From contig CP066689.1 of assembly GCA_016432445.1 (NCBI GenBank), positions 720,001-752,000 of the forward strand: a stretch of 32,000 nt of DNA, given 5' to 3'. A program made the translations under genes and the position numbers. Position 1 is the first letter of the stretch. Each line of letters opens with the position of its first letter. Origin of the DNA: Candidatus Saccharimonadota bacterium (GTDB taxonomy: Bacteria > Patescibacteriota > Microgenomatia > UBA1406 > GWC2-37-13). Positions 16,923 to 24,207 of the stretch are shown here, piece after piece. The notes beneath the pieces were generated by a model, which worked only from the letters and a program-made list of their open reading frames with translations, did not search any database and was not told where the DNA came from.

Positions 16923-16931
16923 ATTATAACA
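16923..16931 (-). promoter_or_regulatory. extended -10 promoter (TGTTATAAT on minus strand) for the four-gene cassette
   Basis: The reverse complement of 16923-16931 reads TGTTATAAT, 11 nt upstream of the ATG at 16911. Confidence 0.45.
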
Positions 16932-16989
16932 GAGAGTATTAAAAAGCAGAAAAATAAGAATGAAGATTGCTCATTCCTTGTATAATTGG

Positions 16990-17088
16990 TTCTAAGAACT
17001 CATCGTTAATGACCCATTTTTTATGGCTTGAATTTATCTTGATCTTATCAAGATTGTCCTGACGCTCCAGTCAACTCCCGGAGTGTCT
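16990..17088 (+). repeat. repeat copy A: degenerate tRNA-His 3'-end-like segment plus 77-nt two-hairpin trailer
   Basis: 17012-17088 matches 18233-18309 at 68/77 positions by hand alignment. Hairpins are ATCTTGAT/ATCAAGAT (17036-17054) and GACGCTCC/GGAGTGTC (17061-17087). 17004-17017 (CGTTAATGACCCAT) resembles the tRNA end CGTCAGTCACCCAT. Confidence 0.8.
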
Positions 17089-17134
17089 TTAAGTGTCTTT
17101 AATATATAAAAAAACTTTTGATATACTTTGAATC

Positions 17135-17692
17135 GTGAGACAGGGCAGAATTGTTTATCAGGGTAATACTAAAAAAGGTAATGAAATTGTAATCCGTTAT
17201 CCTATACCAGAGGATCTTAAAGCGATGACAGACTATATGAATGCCCTGTCTTTGGAACAAACGTTTATAACCTTTCAGGGAGAACAACTAACTCTTAAGG
17301 AAGAAAAAAAATACTTACAAGGGATATTAAAAAAGATTCAGAAAAGAGAAGCCGTAAAATTATTCGTGTTCCACAAGAATCAATTAATCGGGATCTCCGA
17401 TATTGTTATGCAAGAAAGAACATCGGCTCATGTAGGTATCTTTGGACTAACAATAACGAAAGATCACCGTGGAGAAGGCATAGGCAAACTCTTAATGGAA
17501 TTAGTTATTAATGAAGGAATTACGCATATACCGCAATTAAGAATTATTACACTTGGAGTGTTTGCTAATAATCCCATTGCTTACGGTTTATATAAAAAAT
17601 TTGGTTTTATAAAATTAGGAAAAATACCAGGAGGAATCAAACATAAGAACAAATATATCGACTATATTTCTATGTATAAGATAATCAAATAA
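17135..17692 (+). CDS. GNAT family N-acetyltransferase
   Basis: Acetyl-CoA-binding motif HRGEGIGKLLMELVI and C-terminal YKKFGF. GTG start lies 7 nt after TGaTATACT (17119-17127). Confidence 0.85.
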   Translation: MRQGRIVYQGNTKKGNEIVIRYPIPEDLKAMTDYMNALSLEQTFITFQGEQLTLKEEKKYLQGILKKIQKREAVKLFVFHKNQLIGISDIVMQERTSAHVGIFGLTITKDHRGEGIGKLLMELVINEGITHIPQLRIITLGVFANNPIAYGLYKKFGFIKLGKIPGGIKHKNKYIDYISMYKIIK

Positions 17693-17724
17693 AATTTGGG
17701 CCAGAAAAAATTTAACCTATAAAT

Positions 17725-18183
17725 ATGATGATTCATATCCGAAAATTAACCAATAATGAATCTATTCCCTGGGAACTTCTTCTTTTGGCAGATCCTTCAG
17801 TCAAAAAGATAAAGGAATATTTGAAAAATGCCATTAGTTATGTCGCTTTAATTGACGATAAAATTGTTGGCATATATGTACTACAAAATAAAAACAATGG
17901 TGTTGTTGAACTTAAAAACATTGCTGTCAGAAAAACTTATCAAAATCAAGGAATCGGAAAAAAATTAGTTTTGGATGCTATTGAGAAAGCCAAATCTTTC
18001 GGAGCAAAAGAAATAGAAGTAGGAACAGGAAACTCAAGCATTTCTCAGTTAGCTTTCTATCAGAAATGCGGATTTCGAATCACTGAAATAGTTAAAGATT
18101 TTTTTATCGATAATTATCCTCAAAAGATATTTGAAAATAGAATTCAATGTACAGATATGATAATGCTTTCAAAAGATCTGTAA
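17725..18183 (+). CDS. GNAT family N-acetyltransferase
   Basis: VRKTYQNQGIGKKLVLDAIEKAK (Q/R-x-x-G-x-G/A motif) and YQKCGF. 152 aa. Confidence 0.85.
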   Translation: MMIHIRKLTNNESIPWELLLLADPSVKKIKEYLKNAISYVALIDDKIVGIYVLQNKNNGVVELKNIAVRKTYQNQGIGKKLVLDAIEKAKSFGAKEIEVGTGNSSISQLAFYQKCGFRITEIVKDFFIDNYPQKIFENRIQCTDMIMLSKDL

Positions 18184-18210
18184 GACCCCTCAAATAAAGT
18201 ATCATTTGTG

Positions 18211-18309
18211 TTCTAATTGAGTCCGCCCAATCACCCATTTTTTATGGCTTAAATTTGTCTTGATTTTATCAAGATCGTCCTAACACTCCAGTACACTCCC
18301 GGGGTGTCT
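18211..18309 (+). repeat. repeat copy B: tRNA-His 3'-end-like segment plus 77-nt two-hairpin trailer
   Basis: 18217-18238 (TTGAGTCCGCCCAATCACCCAT) aligns with tRNA 6511-6532 at 16/21 positions. Its CAATCAC (18228-18234) is a perfect Watson-Crick complement of the tRNA 5' acceptor GTGATTG. The trailer is homologous to copy A. Confidence 0.8.
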
Positions 18310-18336
18310 ATTATTACCTTGTGGTAAACTTTGTGT

Positions 18337-19275
18337 ATGGATAGCATTAGAGATTTTCTAATAGGGATTGTTGCTTTTATTTATTCTCTTTTTCCTTTAG
18401 GCAATACTCAACTTCAAGTGCCTTTTTCGCAGGCACCAACGCCAACACCAGTAAATGCAGTTCAGCAATCGTTAAGAGAAGCTTTTCATTTCCCAACGAT
18501 TAACTCCATAAAAATAAATGCCACGCCATATTTGACTCTTCCTTTCCGTAAAGCTGATCTTCAACGGCCCTATGAAATAAGCGAAGGCTGGGTATATTCG
18601 GCTGATGAGATAAAAATTCATCAAGGCAATCCAATTCATTTAGGGGTTGATTTTGCCTTGCCCTATGGAACTCCAGTTGTTGCCCCAGCTGACGGTTATG
18701 CCATGTCTTCTTACCAAAGCTTTCGCATAAAAGACAGTTGGAATAATATCAGAACTTATCAAGGAAAACAGCTCAATGTAGGCTTTGGATATTTTGTATC
18801 TATTTATAATCCTGAAGCTGACCGTTTTGTTGATCTAACTCATCTCTCGGATGTTGATCCTCAAATTCCTTTTAGTCCTCCTTTTAAAACTGAGGATGGC
18901 TGGGCTCCGACTAATCATAACGAAGATCCGGAAAAATTTATGAAAAATCCTTATGTGGCGTTTATTAAAAAAGGAACAGTAATTGGAAAAGTGGGTTACT
19001 CAGGCTTAACGTGGGGTTATGAAGAGTATAAGGAAGGCGCCAAAAGACCTGTTGTTCTAGACAATAACACTAACAAAAGCTGGGATGAACCTCATATTCA
19101 CTTTGCAGAGTTTTTCCGTGATCCAAAAACTCATGAAATAAATTATCTAAGAGACCCTTATGATATTTATGATGTTTTTACCAGTTACCCAACTCTAAAT
19201 AGAAAAACTACAGTCGGCCCCAACCCTCTTTTTTTTCTAAACAACGAAGGCTTACCAAAATACGCAGATGAATAA
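18337..19275 (+). CDS. M23 family (LytM-type) metallopeptidase
   Basis: HLGVDFALPYGTPVVAPADGYA (HxxxD motif) and a distal EPHIHF (HxH). N-terminal hydrophobic anchor. ATG 18337 lies 6 nt after TGgTAAACT (18322-18330); the track start TTG 18331 is the alternative. Confidence 0.85.
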   Translation: MDSIRDFLIGIVAFIYSLFPLGNTQLQVPFSQAPTPTPVNAVQQSLREAFHFPTINSIKINATPYLTLPFRKADLQRPYEISEGWVYSADEIKIHQGNPIHLGVDFALPYGTPVVAPADGYAMSSYQSFRIKDSWNNIRTYQGKQLNVGFGYFVSIYNPEADRFVDLTHLSDVDPQIPFSPPFKTEDGWAPTNHNEDPEKFMKNPYVAFIKKGTVIGKVGYSGLTWGYEEYKEGAKRPVVLDNNTNKSWDEPHIHFAEFFRDPKTHEINYLRDPYDIYDVFTSYPTLNRKTTVGPNPLFFLNNEGLPKYADE

Positions 19276-19298
19276 AACATGATTTACATTATCACGAC

Positions 19299-19781
19299 TT
19301 AACCTAACACAGGAATTAAGATTTTTTCGTTAAGATATTTCTTGTAGAGTTCTAAATCTTCACCGTGATCAAAGGCAATTTCCTCTTTAGGCGGGAGAGC
19401 ACCAAGATCAAACCATCTTAACTCTTTTACTTCCTCATCTGTTTCTTTTACTTGTTTAGCTGCCTTGGCAAAAAAAATTATGTCAACATTTTGTCTGTCT
19501 TCTTTTGGCCGATTAGGATTGTCATTAATTCTTAAAAGTTGAAGATCTTCAATCTCCCAACCGCTTTCTTCCATAACCTCTCGTTTAACTGCCTCTTTTA
19601 AATTTTCATCTCTTCCAAAAAATCCGCCCAATAACGCCCATTTTCCCGACTCAAGGATTGGCTTTCCCTCATATGTTCCTCTTTTCCCAAGAAGTACTTG
19701 ACTGCCTTTCACAACAACTGCATTAACAGTTACATGCCTTAATGAAGTTTTGTTGTTATTCTCAAAATAACAGGTAAGCAT
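19299..19781 (-). CDS. NUDIX hydrolase
   Basis: Nudix box GGFFGRDENLKEAVKREVMEESGW (G-x5-E-x7-REUxEExGU). Confidence 0.85.
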   Translation of the reverse strand: MLTCYFENNNKTSLRHVTVNAVVVKGSQVLLGKRGTYEGKPILESGKWALLGGFFGRDENLKEAVKREVMEESGWEIEDLQLLRINDNPNRPKEDRQNVDIIFFAKAAKQVKETDEEVKELRWFDLGALPPKEEIAFDHGEDLELYKKYLNEKILIPVLG

Positions 19782-19787
19782 AAGATG

Positions 19788-19824
19788 ATTTTATCACAAC
19801 AATCATAGCCACATCTGATAAAAT
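19788..19824. promoter_or_regulatory. back-to-back divergent extended -10 promoters, both 6 nt from their start codons
   Basis: On the minus strand, TGATAAAAT (complement of 19788-19796) is followed by CATCTT and then ATG 19781. On the plus strand, TGaTAAAAT (19816-19824) is followed by TAAGCC and then ATG 19831. Confidence 0.45.
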
Positions 19825-19830
19825 TAAGCC

Positions 19831-20652
19831 ATGAATAAATCGGTAAAACTTTTATCTTTAAATATTTCAATTTTTCATAAAAATAATGAGGCAATCAGCC
19901 AACTCCTTAAAGAAACAAACCCCGATATTGTTTGCTTTCAAGAAGTGACCAGAAAAGTTGATGAGTCAGCTTTAGATACATACATCAGCAAAAATGCCGT
20001 TGATAGGGTAATGCCTGAGTTATCTTATTCTTTTTTTGCTCCCAACTGGGCATTAAGAGATTTCCGGCAAAAAAACTTTCACGGCGAAGAAAATTTTGAG
20101 CATGATTTTGGCGGTTTTATAGAATATGGAAATTATATAAAAAGCAGATATAAAATCATTCAAGGTAAAAGCATTTTTGTTCAAGGTGAGTTTTCTTACC
20201 TTACCGACTGGGAATCATTTTCAAAACATCCGGGAAAAGAACCACGTACGGCTCAAATCGCTGATTTAGAAATCGAAAATTCAAAAAACTTGAGAATAAT
20301 AAATTATCATGGCATTTGGACAAAAGATAAAAAAGGCACTGAACAAACAAAATCAGCCTGCGAAAAACTTGATACGTTAGCTTCCGAAGTCAGTTATCCA
20401 ACAGTTATTTGTGGAGACTTTAATCTTTTTCCTCATACTGAGTCTATTGAAGTTTTAGATGAAAATTTTGTCAACTTAGTTAATAAATATAATATCACTC
20501 GCACAAGGCCTATAACTAATGAACTTAGTGCAGAAAAAAGAAATGTTGTTGATTATATTTTTGTAAGCCATAATCTTGAAGTAAAAAATTTTGAAGTTAT
20601 AGACTGTGATGTATCAGACCACTTTCCATTGTTTGCAGAATTCGTTTATTAA
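19831..20652 (+). CDS. endonuclease/exonuclease/phosphatase (EEP) family protein
   Basis: PDIVCFQEV, GDFNLFP and the C-terminal SDHFPL are the canonical EEP motifs. Confidence 0.8.
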   Translation: MNKSVKLLSLNISIFHKNNEAISQLLKETNPDIVCFQEVTRKVDESALDTYISKNAVDRVMPELSYSFFAPNWALRDFRQKNFHGEENFEHDFGGFIEYGNYIKSRYKIIQGKSIFVQGEFSYLTDWESFSKHPGKEPRTAQIADLEIENSKNLRIINYHGIWTKDKKGTEQTKSACEKLDTLASEVSYPTVICGDFNLFPHTESIEVLDENFVNLVNKYNITRTRPITNELSAEKRNVVDYIFVSHNLEVKNFEVIDCDVSDHFPLFAEFVY

Positions 20653-21245
20653 AGACCAAGCTCAGGAGCGATTTTTTGCATTGAAGTAAGACAAATTTCT
20701 GTAAATTTTTCCAGTGACATATTTAAACCATGAACATTGCTGCATAATGCAACCTCATCACGCCTGGTTCCTGCGGCAAATTTGGGTTCTTTAAGGAATC
20801 TTTTTAAGACAGAGGAAAGCTTAACATCAGTTAATTTTTTTGAAGGTAAAATCAAAGCTACTGCCGTAATCAAACCAGTCAAACTATCAGCGCAATAAAT
20901 AGACCAGTGAGATTTAAGTTTTAGATTTTCTACAGCCATTCTGACAGCATGAGCCTGAACTATATCGTAAATTGTTTGACTAACTTCCAATCCATATTTT
21001 GCTAAAGCTTCTTTAGTTTTTCCTGGATGAAATTCCTTAAACTCCCCGCCAAAATCTATGTCATGAATCAAACCAGCAAGAAGCCAATCGTCTTTTGAAG
21101 GTTCATCAGGATTTAACTGACCTTGAGATTGAAGATAATCATAAATTCCCCCCATACATGCCTCCAAAGCTAAGGAATGTTTGAAAATATTTGGTTCAAG
21201 CTGACTCTTAATCGCTTCGATATATTTTTGTCTATCGTATGTCAT
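20649..21245 (-). CDS. HD-domain phosphohydrolase family protein
   Basis: H...HD signature (FKHSLALE ... LLAGLIHDIDF). 198 aa. It lies immediately downstream of the GT2 gene on the same strand. Confidence 0.7.
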   Translation of the reverse strand: MTYDRQKYIEAIKSQLEPNIFKHSLALEACMGGIYDYLQSQGQLNPDEPSKDDWLLAGLIHDIDFGGEFKEFHPGKTKEALAKYGLEVSQTIYDIVQAHAVRMAVENLKLKSHWSIYCADSLTGLITAVALILPSKKLTDVKLSSVLKRFLKEPKFAAGTRRDEVALCSNVHGLNMSLEKFTEICLTSMQKIAPELGL

Positions 21246-21247
21246 AA

Positions 21248-22003
21248 TTATTTTTTAAGTAAATTGTAATTTATGATTTCCCAAAGGGCAGAAATTCCAT
21301 CACGCCAGCCTATTTTTTTACCTTCCTCATAAGTCCTGCCCCAATAAGATATACCCACCTCAAATAATTTTAAGCTTTTTACTTTAGCAATACGGGCTGT
21401 AATCTCAGGTTCAAAACCAAAGCGTTTCGTCTCAAGCTGAGGAGCAATCTCCCTTATCAAGTCACCTCTAAATACTTTGTAACCTGTTTCCATATCCGTC
21501 AGATTAAGGTTGGTCATCATATTTGAAAAAAGGGTAATCATGTTGTTAGCCAAGTAATGCCAGAAATATAATACCCTGTGTGGCCGGTCTGAGATAAACC
21601 GGCTTCCGTAAACTACATCAGCGCTGTTTTTTAAAAAAGGTTCAAGAAGTAAAGGATAATCTTCAGGTGAATACTCCAAGTCGGCATCCTGGATAATAAC
21701 AATATCACCTGTCGTACTGGCAATTCCATCTTTTAAAGCTGCTCCTTTACCCTCATTTATTTTTTTTTGTATAAGTTTTATCTTAACTTTGCCTGATTTT
21801 TTGACACCTGCCTGCCGGCAGGCAAGGTTTGGCATTTGAGCTTTGATATTCTCAACTGTGTTATCACTGCTGCCATCATCAATAATCACTATTTCTTTTT
21901 CAAGACCGCAAGTATCAGAAGCCGCTACAACATCAAGCGTTTTCCCAATATACTTCTCTTCATTGTAAACCGGAATAACAATGCTTACTTTTGAGTGTTT
22001 CAT
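21248..22003 (-). CDS. family 2 glycosyltransferase (polyprenyl-phosphate sugar transferase-like)
   Basis: VSIVIPVYNEEKYI, DDGSSDNT and QDADLEYSP (DxD) form a GT-A fold signature similar to Dpm1/ArnC-type enzymes. Confidence 0.85.
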   Translation of the reverse strand: MKHSKVSIVIPVYNEEKYIGKTLDVVAASDTCGLEKEIVIIDDGSSDNTVENIKAQMPNLACRQAGVKKSGKVKIKLIQKKINEGKGAALKDGIASTTGDIVIIQDADLEYSPEDYPLLLEPFLKNSADVVYGSRFISDRPHRVLYFWHYLANNMITLFSNMMTNLNLTDMETGYKVFRGDLIREIAPQLETKRFGFEPEITARIAKVKSLKLFEVGISYWGRTYEEGKKIGWRDGISALWEIINYNLLKK

Positions 22004-22056
22004 AGGATGGGATTTATTGTATACTATCTCTATTTCAGATTCAATTAATATTATTT

Positions 22057-23571
22057 ATGAAAATAATAATAGCATTTTCTGGGTTTATATTTGTTTTAGT
22101 AAATCTTATCTTAAGTTCCTGGAGTGTTATTAATAAAGATATTTACTACTACACTGATATCGGGCGGGATTTTCTGATATTTGATGAAATAGCTACTAAA
22201 AAGCTTGTTTTAGTTGGTCCGCGTTCAGATGCTCAAGGTATTTTCCACGGCATTGCCTGGCATTATTTTAATATGCCGGCTTATCTTCTGGCCCAGGGCA
22301 ATCCAGTTATCGTCGGATTGTTTTGGATACTTCTTGGCGTAGGATTAGTTATTACCAGTTATTTTATAGTTAAAAAACTTTTTGATAAAAAATCAGCTAT
22401 TATTGCTGTACTCCTATTATCAACTTACCTTGTTGAGCATATGCAAGGACTCTTTCATGGAAAAGGCGCCTGGTTTGTACTACCGGCTTATTTTTATTTT
22501 TTTGTCCGCTATTCTCAAACAAAAAAGCCATTTGATCTTTTAGGGCACTTATTAATGCTTGGCCTTTTAATCCAATTTGAAATTGCGGTTGGAATGCCTT
22601 TTGCGTTACTTTCATTTGTGGGATTAGTTTATCTCATGGTACGAAGCAAGTTATTTCATCATATTTTTTATTTTGCTTTTTTAATAATCCCTCTTTCAAC
22701 ATTTCTGATGTTTGACCTGAGGCATGATTTTTTGCAGATTAAGTCTTTTCTATCTTATGGACAAGGCGTAAGAAATGGAGTAGCCATACCATTTATGATC
22801 TCACTTACTGACAGGCTTCATCATTTTGCCTACACGGGAATTAATTTATTCAAATTTCCTCTAGCTCAATGGAATCTCATCGTTTTTGGTTCATTTATCT
22901 ACAGTTTTTTGAAGTTAAAAAAAATAAAAGATAAATATAAAAGGACTTACTTTGCATTTATTTATTTCTATGTAGGCTTTTACTTGCTGACTCTCCTTCA
23001 CGGCGGACTTCTTATAGAGTTTTGGTGGCTGCCGGTAAGTCTTTTACCAATTCTTATTTTCTCAACTCTTCATCATTACATACCGAAATTCGTTTATTAC
23101 GGATTTTTGGTCCTAATACTAGGAGTCTCAACTTTTCAAAATATCAATTATCTAAAAACCGTGACTCAGGAAATGGGTAAAAAAACAACCTCATGGCAAT
23201 TTCATCTTAATAACGCCAAACAGATTTATGAGGATGCACCTGCCGAGTTTGGGTTTTTCATTTATGCCCCAGATATTTTCGGCTATCAAGATAAATATGC
23301 AATGCTTTATACCCAAAGACTTTACTCAAAAAAACCTTATGTATTTACCAAAAAAAAGATTACTTATGTTTTAATTGAACCGCCCCCATCTTTTAGAACC
23401 AGTGATCTAAGCCCACGCTGGTGGATTGAGGAAAAACTGAAAATCAAAAAAACTCCTATAAAAACAATCTCACTGGGACTAGATTATAAAATTGAAAAAT
23501 ATGAGCTAACTGACGAGGAACTTAAAATCCCATCTGAGATCACTCAAGCCGACTGGCTCTTTTTCAGATAA
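22057..23571 (+). CDS. polytopic membrane protein, GT-C-fold glycosyltransferase-like (ArnT/PMT-like)
   Basis: 504 aa with 10 or more hydrophobic helices. Acidic residues sit in the first loop (YYYTDIGRDFLIFDE). It is divergent from the GT2 gene. The family assignment is inference. Confidence 0.45.
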   Translation: MKIIIAFSGFIFVLVNLILSSWSVINKDIYYYTDIGRDFLIFDEIATKKLVLVGPRSDAQGIFHGIAWHYFNMPAYLLAQGNPVIVGLFWILLGVGLVITSYFIVKKLFDKKSAIIAVLLLSTYLVEHMQGLFHGKGAWFVLPAYFYFFVRYSQTKKPFDLLGHLLMLGLLIQFEIAVGMPFALLSFVGLVYLMVRSKLFHHIFYFAFLIIPLSTFLMFDLRHDFLQIKSFLSYGQGVRNGVAIPFMISLTDRLHHFAYTGINLFKFPLAQWNLIVFGSFIYSFLKLKKIKDKYKRTYFAFIYFYVGFYLLTLLHGGLLIEFWWLPVSLLPILIFSTLHHYIPKFVYYGFLVLILGVSTFQNINYLKTVTQEMGKKTTSWQFHLNNAKQIYEDAPAEFGFFIYAPDIFGYQDKYAMLYTQRLYSKKPYVFTKKKITYVLIEPPPSFRTSDLSPRWWIEEKLKIKKTPIKTISLGLDYKIEKYELTDEELKIPSEITQADWLFFR

Positions 23572-23587
23572 TTGGTATTATTAATCT

Positions 23588-23866
23588 ATGAACACAGCTT
23601 TTTTATACGCCATTGCTTTTAATATTGTCGCCATCCCTTTTGTTATCTATATTCATATGAAGGGGGAGTGTCAGATGATTACTCAAATTTTTATCGGCGC
23701 ACAACCTTACTGCAGTTATATAACTAATCCTTTCATTAATCTTTTGTCTATTAATGCTGCTTTTTTTATTTTTGCTCTTCTTGCCTACGCCAACAGCCAA
23801 ATTCCCCACGTAGAACAATACAATAAAAAACCCCCCACAGGCCCATGGCCAAAAAGAAGAAAGTAA
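23588..23866 (+). CDS. small membrane protein
   Basis: 92-aa ORF with two or three hydrophobic helices. Preferred over the fully overlapping minus-strand ORF 23603..23878, which lacks protein-like features. Confidence 0.35.
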   Translation: MNTAFLYAIAFNIVAIPFVIYIHMKGECQMITQIFIGAQPYCSYITNPFINLLSINAAFFIFALLAYANSQIPHVEQYNKKPPTGPWPKRRK

Positions 23867-23935
23867 CAATCTGTTCAATTTTGTTGTTTATAATCCATTG
23901 ACTCATTTCTGCATTTGAATTAAGATAAAAACCGT

Positions 23936-24151
23936 ATGCTTACAAAATCAGATTTAGAGCAAATAAAAAAAATTATAAATATGGAACTTGAACCACTAAA
24001 AGAAGATATCGTTTTGTTTAAAGATGAGATACTTTATGAAATCATTGATTTACGAGATGATATCTCTGTCGTAGTAGGCTACAGAGATTTAATAGAAGAT
24101 CACGAACAAAGAATCACAAATCTCGAAAAAACCCCTCTAATTAAACTCTGA
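23936..24151 (+). CDS. 71-aa acidic helical protein, unknown function
   Basis: Intact ORF with coiled-coil-like composition. No family recognised. Confidence 0.4.
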   Translation: MLTKSDLEQIKKIINMELEPLKEDIVLFKDEILYEIIDLRDDISVVVGYRDLIEDHEQRITNLEKTPLIKL

Positions 24152-24207
24152 TTACTTTGACACATAATTCTTGCATAATTATTACTAAAAGATAATATAT
24201 TATTCAT

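Larger units (their letters stand above)
6469..17022. mobile_element. integrated element at tRNA-His (serine-recombinase type); right end alternatively at about 18238
   Basis: The recombinase ORF overlaps the tRNA. XRE, replication-like and other phage/plasmid-style genes follow. Degenerate tRNA-His 3'-end copies lie at 17004-17017 and 18217-18238. No capsid, terminase or tail genes were recognised. Confidence 0.6.

Noticed and set aside
6469-17022. The island as a complete prophage
   Set aside because: I could not recognise capsid, portal, large terminase, tail or lysis genes, and the size is only about 10-12 kb. It is called a generic integrative element instead.
17099-17287. Minus-strand ORF 17099..17287
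   Set aside because: It overlaps the 5' end of the GNAT gene, which has clear motifs and its own promoter. No support.
16990-18309. Repeats A and B as integron attC sites flanking a GNAT gene cassette
   Set aside because: There is no GTTRRRY/RYYYAAC core pair at the repeat ends and no intI-type tyrosine recombinase nearby. The repeats are direct tRNA-3'-end-like modules rather than attC-style imperfect palindromes spanning the whole site.
23603-23878. Minus-strand ORF 23603..23878 as the real gene instead of 23588..23866 (+)
   Set aside because: The plus-strand product has coherent hydrophobic helices and follows the upstream gene on the same strand, while the minus product looks random. 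Neither call is strong.
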